Shown here: in pieces, positions 32,501 to 40,478 of the stretch
Layout: every line of letters starts with the position of its first letter
How positions within the stretch are numbered: the stretch's first letter is position 1
Origin: Candidatus Krumholzibacteriia bacterium
Lineage (GTDB): Bacteria; Krumholzibacteriota; Krumholzibacteriia; LZORAL124-64-63
Assembly (NCBI GenBank): GCA_041908585.1
Contig: JAYRFB010000199.1
Location: 88 to 64,087, forward strand
DNA: 64,000 bases
Direction: 5' to 3'
Made by a program: the position numbers and the translations under genes
The notes under the pieces: model-generated
Seen by the model: the letters and a program-made list of their open reading frames with translations, nothing else
What the model was told of the DNA's origin: nothing
Database searches by the model: none

Positions 32501-32574
32501 TGACGCCGGTGTTCTTCACGTACCTGGACCGGCTGCAGGGGTGGCTGGGGCGGGGACGGGGGGCGACGGCCTGA
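29506..32574 (+). CDS. RND (HAE1, AcrB/MdtB-like) efflux permease
   Basis: ATGA overlap with the MFP stop. The N-terminus is [42 protein letters not shown]. The protein is 1022 aa with the 12-TM RND layout. Confidence 0.92.
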   Translation: [1022 protein letters not shown]

Positions 32575-32773
32575 GCCGCGGCTTCCTGGTCCGCCTGCCG
32601 GTGTCCCGCGACCTCCGCCACGGCCACGACGGGTACCACCGGGGTGCCGCGCCGGGAGTCCGGTTTGCCCCGGCGCGGTTCGCTGACTATTCTGGTCGCC
32701 TTCCCGCTCGCAGAAGAGTGATCCGCGGTCGGCGCCCCCGGGGCGCGCCGCAGTGTGTCCCGGGGGTGTACCG

Positions 32774-33637
32774 ATGACGCGTTCCCGCCTGTCGATGTCC
32801 ATGATCCTGATCCTTGTGGCCGCCGCGGCGCCTGTGTCCGCGCAGACGGGCTGGACGCCGGCGGATTCCACGGCCGCGCCGGTCGACCTGCCGACGCGAC
32901 CGGTGGCCGCCCAGCCGGTGCCCGAGGAGATGCCCGCCCCGGCGCCGACGGTCCCGTCGCAGACGCCGGCGCCGGCCGCGCCGGCACGGGGCGTGCCCGG
33001 TCCGGAGGCGATCCCTTCGTTCAACGCCGTCGACGATTCGCTGACGGTCCTGGTGGACTACCGGGCGGAGTCCGAGATCCAGCGCGAGCTGCAGGGCGCG
33101 GTGGCGGAGAAGGCCATGGCCGACCGCGACGTCGAACGCGGCCGGCTGCTGGAGCGCCTGGCGTCGTCCCGCATCGAGATGAAGGCCAGCGAGATCAAGG
33201 CGCTGGAGGCGCAGGTGTCGTTCGCGAAGCAGGAGAAGAACGCCGGCCGTCAGGCGGAGCTGGAGGCGCGGCGCAAGTTCGCCGAGAGCGAGAAGCAGCT
33301 GCTCGAGCGTCGCCGCGACCTGCGCAAGCGCGAGATCGAGATGGCGCGCGCCGTCCGCGAGTACCACGAGGCCACCGAGAAGTCCTGCCGCCTGGAGCTG
33401 GACCTGGCCGTCTATCGCCGCGAGCGGTCCGAGATCCCCGGCACCACCGACCCCGGCGCCGCTGCCGAGTTCGCGCGCCTGCAGCGCGAGATCACCCGGC
33501 TGGAGGGAGCCGTGCTGGACGCGCGGATCAAGCAGGCCGACCGGCGCAAGGCCCTGGCGGACCAGGAGGTGCGCCTCGGCAAGGTGCGCCGCGCCGTCTA
33601 CGACTCGCAGCTGAAGATCCAGCAGGGCGGGCGCTGA
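32774..33637 (+). CDS. Secreted coiled-coil protein with a Pro/Ala-rich linker
   Basis: Signal peptide MTRSRLSMSMILILVAAAAPVSA, followed by a PAPAPT-rich linker and then about 180 aa of heptad-like charged sequence (EIKALEAQVSFAKQEKNAGRQAELEARRKFAESEKQLLERRR). Confidence 0.65.
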   Translation: MTRSRLSMSMILILVAAAAPVSAQTGWTPADSTAAPVDLPTRPVAAQPVPEEMPAPAPTVPSQTPAPAAPARGVPGPEAIPSFNAVDDSLTVLVDYRAESEIQRELQGAVAEKAMADRDVERGRLLERLASSRIEMKASEIKALEAQVSFAKQEKNAGRQAELEARRKFAESEKQLLERRRDLRKREIEMARAVREYHEATEKSCRLELDLAVYRRERSEIPGTTDPGAAAEFARLQREITRLEGAVLDARIKQADRRKALADQEVRLGKVRRAVYDSQLKIQQGGR

Positions 33638-33668
33638 GCGGTCCGCGTTCGATACCTGTGGCGGAAGC

Positions 33669-33701
33669 GGCGGCCGCCGGGTGAACCCCCCGGCGGCCGC
33701 C
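33669..33701. terminator. Strong hairpin between convergent genes (bidirectional terminator candidate)
   Basis: GGCGGCCGCCGGG-tgaaccc-CCCGGCGGCCGCC forms a 13-bp perfect stem. Confidence 0.55.
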
Positions 33702-33749
33702 CTCTTCACCGATGGGACCTTTGTCCCTTGCGGCGGTGCTGCCGCCCCT

Positions 33750-34304
33750 TCAGCGCGCGCCCGCCGCCGACTCCAGCATGGCCTTCAACTCGGCGTAGTT
33801 CGTGGCTTCCGAGAGCGGGTGCTCGGTCAGGTTGTAGACGCCGATCCGGCGGTTGGCTGCGTCCAGGATGACGACATCGCGCCAGGTCACCTCCCAGGTC
33901 GTCCAGACCGGCTGGGCGAGCGTCTCCTGCAGCAACGGGAGGTCGCGACCGGCGACCATCTGCGGGTTGCCCGATTCCTGGCCGACGGCATTGACGCCGA
34001 GGATGCGCACGCCGTCCACGCCGTCGGCGGCAAGATCGTCCTGCATGAGATCGAGATAGCCGAACTGGCTAACGCAGGTCCCTCAGGTCGAGTGGCCGAA
34101 GTACCAGGCCGACACCACGCCCTGGTAGTCGCGCGGCGAGACCGGGTCGGCGTACGTGGCCGACTGCGGGTTGACGTCCAGCAGCACGAAGTCCGGCATG
34201 GCCCCGGAGCCGGGGCCGGAAGCGTCGTCGTCGCTGCAGGCCGCCAGCGCCGCGGCCAGGGCAAGTGCCGCCAGCAGGCGCGTCGTGCGCAGGTTCCTGT
34301 TCAT
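33750..34304 (-). CDS. Thioredoxin-fold (TlpA/redoxin-like) lipoprotein with in-frame TGA; probable selenoprotein with a U-G-T-C redox motif
   Basis: ORFs 34083..34304 and 33750..34046 are in the same frame, separated only by TGA 34083-34085 and 12 sense codons. The joined product reads ...LAAALAACSDDD...VSAWYFGHST-U-GTCVSQFGYLDLMQDD...RILGVN...VVILDAANRRIGVY. There is no RBS before the 34046 ATG. Confidence 0.7.
34057..34071 (-). promoter_or_regulatory. Candidate bacterial SECIS apical hairpin
   Basis: The mRNA reads UAGCC-AGUUC-GGCUA, starting 11 nt after the UGA, with G-U in the loop. An outer CCUGC/GCAGG pairing (34078-34074 with 34044-34040) is possible. Confidence 0.4.
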
Positions 34305-35302
34305 GCCTTCTCCTTGTCACCGTTGCGGGCGGCCCGACGTCGGCGATGACGCCACAGTCCGGCCCGCACCAGGCGGCGGGTGAACCCCACGTGGCCCTCG
34401 GGATCCTGCGCCAGGCACATGTCGGCGCCGCCGAAGCCGTCGGGAGGGAAGTAGATGCCGCAGTTGGCGTTGATCTCGAGCATCCAGGGCGTGCCCTCGT
34501 GGTCGACGCGGACGTCGCAGCGCCCGAAGCCCGCGCCCTTGAGGGCGACGAACAGGCGGGCCGCCTCGGATCGCAGGCGCCGCGCCAGCTTGCGGTCGGT
34601 CACCGGCCCGGAGGACATGCGGTCGTAGTCGACCCACTTCATCTTCTCGTGCTTGAACGACTCGCCCGGCGGGAAGGCGTACTGCACCGGCGGGTAGGTG
34701 CGCGGCCGTTCGGGGCGGCCGGGAACCTCCGCCACCAGCACCGTGCATTCGGTGCCCTCGATGAACTCCTCGATCAGCGCGGCGCCGTGGCGCCGGATCA
34801 TCTTGCGCGCCTGGCGGCGCAGGCCGGCTTCGCTCACCACGCGCGAGGCGCGGCTGAGGTCGACGCTCGCGTAGCTGCTGTGGTGCTTGACGATCAGCGG
34901 GTAGCGCAGGCGCGCGGCGGCGCGATCAATGTCCTCTTCCCGCCGCGCGACCGCCCAGGCCGGCGTCGCGATGCCCAGCGCGCGGCAGGCGCGCTTCATC
35001 GTCACGCGCGAGGGCTCGTAGAACTCGGAGGTGGCGCCGGTGAAGGGCAGGTCCAGGCGCTCGAGCGCTCGCACGACCTCGATGCCCGGCACGTGGCACT
35101 CCGCCGTGCCGTCGCAGAGGTTGAAGAAGACGTCGAAACCCTCGCGGGCCAGGCGGCGGATGGTGCGGACCGACGTTCCCTTTTCCAGCGTCTCGACGTG
35201 CCAGCTGGCCTCCGGCAGGTAGGGCCGGGGGTCGCAGGGCCAGTCGTCGGCGGGGAAGGGCTGCGCGTCGAGGTCCTGGGGAGTCAGCAGGCAGATGCGC
35301 AC
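34301..35302 (-). CDS. ATP-grasp ligase (D-Ala-D-Ala ligase-like family)
   Basis: The GTG start gives VRICLLTPQDL, parallel to the (M/V)RIxL N-termini of the two other ATP-grasp paralogues. Other motifs are YPLIVKHHSSYASV, IEEFIEGTECTVLV and WMLEINANCG. The stop overlaps the selenoprotein ATG (ATGA). Confidence 0.75.
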   Translation of the reverse strand: MRICLLTPQDLDAQPFPADDWPCDPRPYLPEASWHVETLEKGTSVRTIRRLAREGFDVFFNLCDGTAECHVPGIEVVRALERLDLPFTGATSEFYEPSRVTMKRACRALGIATPAWAVARREEDIDRAAARLRYPLIVKHHSSYASVDLSRASRVVSEAGLRRQARKMIRRHGAALIEEFIEGTECTVLVAEVPGRPERPRTYPPVQYAFPPGESFKHEKMKWVDYDRMSSGPVTDRKLARRLRSEAARLFVALKGAGFGRCDVRVDHEGTPWMLEINANCGIYFPPDGFGGADMCLAQDPEGHVGFTRRLVRAGLWRHRRRRAARNGDKEKA

Positions 35303-35425
35303 GGGAGGGGCGGCCTTTCGGGTCCGGGCTGGTCGTCGGGCTGCGGCGCGCCCCGGTGTCCCGACCGGGAGGACGGCGCCGCGGGCGACCGCCGACCGGC
35401 CGCCCGCAGCCAAACATAGCACAGC

Positions 35426-38400
35426 CTACCGCACGAGCACGAGCTTGCGTGTCGCCGACCCGGCGCCGGCGCCCTCGGCGCGCAGGAAATACACGCCGCT
35501 CGCGGCGGCGCGACCGCCGTCATCCAGCCCGTCCCAGACCACGGTGCGCCAGCCCTCGGCCAGCTTCCCGTCGTAGAGGTTGCGCACGCGGCGGCCGCGC
35601 ACGTCGTGCACCGCCAGCTTCACCGCGCGCGTCGCATCCACGTACAGGCGGACGGATACCGAAGGGTTGAACGGGTTCGGCCACGGCAGGTCCAGCGCCA
35701 GCGGCGCCGCCGGCACCACCGTCCCATCGGCGGGCGCCACGCCCGGCGACGACAGCACGCCGTCGCGGCGCATGTTGCCCTTGTACGTGGGCCAGAACGC
35801 CTTGGCCTCGCTGTGCGCGAACGGCAGGTCCCAGACGTGGCAACGGAAGTCCCAGCCGGCGTAGACCAGGTCCACGTCGCCGTCCAGGTCCAGGTCCGTG
35901 ATCACCGGCGAGGTGCGTACCGGGCCGGTCAGCGTGACGGGGAACCCGCTCATCGGCTGCCCGTCCGCGTGGTACACGTACAGGTTGTAGGGCGCGCCGA
36001 CGTCGCCGCCGCCGATGCCCTGCACGATCTCGGGCGTGCCGTCGCCGTCCAGGTCGCCGACGACCGGGCTGGCCTCGCTGGAGCCCGGGAGGTCCACCGG
36101 CCAGCCCGGGCGCACCTGGCCGGAGGTGCCGTCGGACGTCTTCGTGCTGACGACGACCAGCTTGGAACTGAGTCCCGTGGCGTTGGGCGTGTAGACGATC
36201 TCCAGCCAGCCGTCGCCATCCAGGTCGGCCAGGGCGGGGCTGGTGACCCACTGGTTGCTGGCGGCGTAGGGCATCAGCCGCGGGAAGCCCGGATAGTCCG
36301 TCCCGTTGGCACGTACCGCGTAGAGGTAGCGCCAGTTGTCGAACAGCACGAGTTCGACCTGGCCGTCGCCGTCCAGGTCGCCGGCGGCGATATCGCAATC
36401 GACGGCACCGCTCACGGTGCGCGGGAAGCCGGGCACGTTGGTCCCGTCGTGGCGCAGGGCCATCAGGCGCCGGATGCCGGTCGCGTCGTTCTTCGTGCCG
36501 AACACGATGTCGCGCCGGTCGTCGCCGTCGAGGTCGACCAGCGTGGGGCCGCTGCGCGACCACTCGCCGCCGGCGCCGGCGCGCACGTAGAAGATGCCCT
36601 GCGTGGCCGGGTTGGCATCGCCGTCGCGCACCTCGGTGCCGTCGGCGTTCCAGGCCCAGACCATGCCGTTGACCGTGTTGACGACGATCTCGGGCAGGCC
36701 GTCGCCGTCGATGTCGCCCACCGCCGGGGCGGCCCAGTTGATGGTCGTGCCGGACGCCGTGTTCAGCGGGCGCGGCCAGCCCGGCAGCGCGCTGCCGTCG
36801 GCGCGGAACACGTGCACCTTCGAGCCCTGGTTGCGCTGGCAGGCGATGAACTCCTGGCCGGCCACGCCGTCGAGGTCGGCCATCGTCACCGCTGACAGCT
36901 CGAGCAGCGCGCCCGCGGCGAAATCGGTGAACTGGCCCAGCGTCAGCGCCTGCGCGTCGCCGTCGCGAACCTCCCTGCCGTCGTGGTGCCAGGCCCAGAC
37001 CTGGTTGCTGGACAGGACGATCTCGGGCCGGCCATTGCCGTCGATGTCGCCCACGGCGAGGGGACCGCTGGTCTCGCCGTCGAAGCCGGCGGGGAAGCCG
37101 ACCATCTCACCCGGTGCCGTCGACTGGCTGACCACCGCGGACAGGACGCTCGGCACGCGCGACGAGTCCACCGCCGCCACCCGGTAGTGGAACGGCGTCA
37201 GCTGGGGCAGCCCGGTGTCCGTGTAGGAACAGATGCGCTCGAGGATGTCGCGGTTGATCCGCGTCCACGGCCCGGCCACGGAGTCCGCGCGGTAGACGAC
37301 GTAGCCCAGGATGCCGTCGTGCGCCGGAGGATCCCAGGTCAGCAGGATCGAGTCGGGGCCCAGCTCCGTCGATGCCGCCAGACCCGACGGCGCGGGCGGG
37401 CGCCCCAGCGAGAAGTCGTGCCTGAGCTGCCGCCCCTGGGCGTCGGTCACCAGCACCCAGGCCGCGCCGCCGGCGCCGGCGCTCGTCAGCGACAGCGACA
37501 GCGGCGCCGCGTTGCCGGCGTGGCCGAGAAGGCCCAGCGGGCTCCAGGTGGCGACGGTGTCGTGCAGGACCACGTTGGGGTCCTGCGTGCGCAGCCGGCC
37601 CGTCAGCGCGCCGGTGGTCCCGACGCCGAAGTTGCGCAGGTCCACGGTCACGCCCACGCGCTCGCCGTCGTCCAGCGCGCCGTCGCCGTCGCCCCAGGTC
37701 GCGTCCTGCCAGTCGAGCGTGTCCACCTCGGGCTCGGGCGCGTTGAGCGCCGCCTCGATCTCCGAGTACCAGTGGGTGGTGCCGGACCGGACGTCAGAAC
37801 GGAACCGGATCGGTTGGCCATCGGGCAGTCCGGCGGAGAAGTCCACCAGGATGGGCGACTGGGCGCTGGTCGCGGCACCGGCGGCGGCGTTGGCCAGGAC
37901 CACCTCGCCGGTCACCACCGTGACGCCGGGCGTCGTCGAGACGAGCTTGCCGCGCAGCGTCGTCGCGTTGCTCGTCCCTGTGTTGAGGTAGGTCGGCGTG
38001 AAGGCGATGCGCTCGCCCGCGTCGATGACGCCGTTCCCGTTGCCGATGCTGCCCGAGGCGCCGTTGTCCAGCAGCGGAAGCCCGGTGACCTTCAGGTAGC
38101 GCCCCGAGGCGGCGACGGGGATCGATCCCGCGTGGGCTGCGAAGTTCGGCCCCGTCACCGTCAGCGTGGCACTGCCGGCGCTGGCCAGGATCACCGGCAG
38201 CGCGGCCTGGCCCGACGCATTCGTGGTGGCCCAGGCCAGCGCCTCGCCGGGCTTGGTCAGGCACACGACCGCGCCCGGCGCCGGACCGCCGCCCGAGGTG
38301 ACGGTCACGTTCACGACCTGCTCGCCGAGGGGCAGCGAGGCCGGGGCCGCCACGGCCAGCGCCTGCGGCACGGCACTCCACAGCATGAGCGCGGGATCGC

Positions 38401-40243
38401 CCAGCAGCGTGTAGTTCTCGAACGTCCAGCGATCCAGGTAGTTCTGCACCGTCGCGGCCAGGAACGGCAGGCGGCTGAGCGCCACCAGTCGTCCCACGCG
38501 GTGCTCGCCCTCGCAGTAGAGCTGGGCGAAGAACTCCTGCTGGTACGCGTTGACCGCCGAGGGGAACGCCTCCCGCGTCGAGCCCAGCGTCGCGACGGCG
38601 CCGCCGCCCGGGTTCTGCAGCAGTCGCTCCATCAGGCAGCTGTTGTCGAAGGCGGCCGAGGCGCAGTTCAGGCCGTAGAGGAGGAACGGGTGCGCGGCGT
38701 TGGCCAGGTTGTCGGCATCGACAGTCGTGAAGTTCCCGTCGCCGACCGACATGTTGAAGAAGTAGCCGTGGCCGATCTGGTTGACGATGCCGTAGTGGCC
38801 GGTGTTCAGCGTGTCGACCAGGCTGGCCCGGGTCAGCGGCAGGTCGCGGGGGAACAGGGCGTCCGTCTCGTACATGCGGAGCGCCTGCAGGTCCGTGCAG
38901 GTGCCGATCAGCGCGTTGTACTGCTGGTCGGCGAAGCTGGCGCCGTCCAGCGTGATCGTCGCGCCCGGCGTGTACGCCTCGGGGAACAGCACCTCGGCGG
39001 CGAACAGCACGCGGTTGGTCCAGCCGACATTCGCCGGCTGCGACTCGTACTGGATGACCTTCTGCACGAATAGTGTCGCGTCGGCCGGGGTGCTGACCGG
39101 CGCGCGCCCGATGTACACTTCCTCGGCGAAGTCCACCAGGTCGCCCGGCTCCTCGTAGCGCGCCGGCTGCCCGTAATTCTCGTCGCCGTCGGCGTTCCAG
39201 TTGCCGTCCAGGCAGGCGAAGTAGAGGTCGCAGGGGATGGCCGTGTAGCTGTTGGCCGGGTAGAGGCTGTTCAGGATCAGCCGCGGGGGCAGCACCTCCG
39301 AGTCGCCGCCCAGCAGCACGTACTCGACGCCCCACTTGGCGTAGGCATCCTGGATGTAGTAGCGGATCGTCTCCTGGATGTCGGCACCGCGGCGGTGGTT
39401 CGCCGCGATGTACTCGCGCGTGGCGACCACCGTCGGCATCCCTCGTGCGGTACGGTAGTCGGCCAGGGCCTGGAACGACGGGGCCAGCGCCTCGTTCGTG
39501 ATGATGAGGGCCGTCACGGGGCTGCCCGACAGGCTCGGTGTCTTGTCGGGGTTGAACCCGCCGGCGGTTGCCGCCACCGGCAGGCCGTCCTGACGCGCCG
39601 CCATGCCGAGCGCGGACGGATTGTCCACCAGCCGCTCCAGGAGGCGGCGCGTACCGGCCGCCTCGCCGGGCACCAGGCGCTCGCGGGCCAGGATGTCCGG
39701 GGCGCCGCCGGCGGCCTCCCATTGCACCCGAACCTCGTACGCATCCAGGAACTCGCACGCGCCGTCGCCGCGGTCCAGCAGGGGCTGCACGGCAACGGCC
39801 ACGAGCTGGTAGCCCCGCCACGCGTGCACCGACGATGCGGCCAGCCAGTCCTGTTCGCCCGTCGTGACGGGATGCGGCAGCGGCTGACCGGTGGAGGTGA
39901 GGAGTTCGCCACCCGTCGCCAGGCCGCCGGGCGCGCGCACGACGTGCGTGGCCAGCGGCTCGATGGTCACCGCTGCGACGCGGCGATCCGCCGGCACGAC
40001 CAGCAGGTGCTGGCGCGTGGGCACCTCGGGTGCGCCGGGACGGGGCAACAGACGCGTGCCGGGCAGCACGGGCGTGGCGCCGCCTGTCCCCTGGCGCCAG
40101 GCCAGGCTGGTCGCATCGAACATGTCCTGGTGGATGACCTCGCCTGCCCGCGCGGGCGCGCCCCCGGCGGCGGCTGCGTGGCACGGTACGGCCAGCAGCG
40201 ACAGGGACAGCAGGGCAATGACGCCGACGGCGTGGCGACGCAT
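35426..40243 (-). CDS. Secreted peptidase C25 (gingipain-like) with FG-GAP/VCBS beta-propeller repeats and a C-terminal FlgD-Ig/T9SS-type domain (1605 aa)
   Basis: Signal peptide MRRHAVGVIALLSLSLLAVPCHA. The C25 core is ALIITNEALAPSFQALADYRTARGMP...YVLLGGDSEVLP, with catalytic-type IGHG and LNCASAAFD. At least 7 DxDGDG-type FG-GAP repeats are present. The tail is PWPNPFNPSVSV...VVWDGLDDGGRAAASGVYF. Confidence 0.85.
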   Translation of the reverse strand: MRRHAVGVIALLSLSLLAVPCHAAAAGGAPARAGEVIHQDMFDATSLAWRQGTGGATPVLPGTRLLPRPGAPEVPTRQHLLVVPADRRVAAVTIEPLATHVVRAPGGLATGGELLTSTGQPLPHPVTTGEQDWLAASSVHAWRGYQLVAVAVQPLLDRGDGACEFLDAYEVRVQWEAAGGAPDILARERLVPGEAAGTRRLLERLVDNPSALGMAARQDGLPVAATAGGFNPDKTPSLSGSPVTALIITNEALAPSFQALADYRTARGMPTVVATREYIAANHRRGADIQETIRYYIQDAYAKWGVEYVLLGGDSEVLPPRLILNSLYPANSYTAIPCDLYFACLDGNWNADGDENYGQPARYEEPGDLVDFAEEVYIGRAPVSTPADATLFVQKVIQYESQPANVGWTNRVLFAAEVLFPEAYTPGATITLDGASFADQQYNALIGTCTDLQALRMYETDALFPRDLPLTRASLVDTLNTGHYGIVNQIGHGYFFNMSVGDGNFTTVDADNLANAAHPFLLYGLNCASAAFDNSCLMERLLQNPGGGAVATLGSTREAFPSAVNAYQQEFFAQLYCEGEHRVGRLVALSRLPFLAATVQNYLDRWTFENYTLLGDPALMLWSAVPQALAVAAPASLPLGEQVVNVTVTSGGGPAPGAVVCLTKPGEALAWATTNASGQAALPVILASAGSATLTVTGPNFAAHAGSIPVAASGRYLKVTGLPLLDNGASGSIGNGNGVIDAGERIAFTPTYLNTGTSNATTLRGKLVSTTPGVTVVTGEVVLANAAAGAATSAQSPILVDFSAGLPDGQPIRFRSDVRSGTTHWYSEIEAALNAPEPEVDTLDWQDATWGDGDGALDDGERVGVTVDLRNFGVGTTGALTGRLRTQDPNVVLHDTVATWSPLGLLGHAGNAAPLSLSLTSAGAGGAAWVLVTDAQGRQLRHDFSLGRPPAPSGLAASTELGPDSILLTWDPPAHDGILGYVVYRADSVAGPWTRINRDILERICSYTDTGLPQLTPFHYRVAAVDSSRVPSVLSAVVSQSTAPGEMVGFPAGFDGETSGPLAVGDIDGNGRPEIVLSSNQVWAWHHDGREVRDGDAQALTLGQFTDFAAGALLELSAVTMADLDGVAGQEFIACQRNQGSKVHVFRADGSALPGWPRPLNTASGTTINWAAPAVGDIDGDGLPEIVVNTVNGMVWAWNADGTEVRDGDANPATQGIFYVRAGAGGEWSRSGPTLVDLDGDDRRDIVFGTKNDATGIRRLMALRHDGTNVPGFPRTVSGAVDCDIAAGDLDGDGQVELVLFDNWRYLYAVRANGTDYPGFPRLMPYAASNQWVTSPALADLDGDGWLEIVYTPNATGLSSKLVVVSTKTSDGTSGQVRPGWPVDLPGSSEASPVVGDLDGDGTPEIVQGIGGGDVGAPYNLYVYHADGQPMSGFPVTLTGPVRTSPVITDLDLDGDVDLVYAGWDFRCHVWDLPFAHSEAKAFWPTYKGNMRRDGVLSSPGVAPADGTVVPAAPLALDLPWPNPFNPSVSVRLYVDATRAVKLAVHDVRGRRVRNLYDGKLAEGWRTVVWDGLDDGGRAAASGVYFLRAEGAGAGSATRKLVLVR

Positions 40244-40478
40244 GGATGGCCTCCGGTGCGGGATGGGTGATGCGCGGGCGGGCAGTGCCCGCCCCGGCGG
40301 GGCGCATCCATGCGCTCCGGGGTGCCTCGACAAGTGTACAACGGATCGGGGTCGTGCGGCAACGCGGTCGCGACCAGGTCGTCCCCCGCGACTGATAGCG
40401 CCCGTTCAGCCGCCCGGTCCGCGGGATGCGCTGCAGATTCCGGTTTCCACGGGGCGGGGGGCGCGTCATCTTGCGCCG

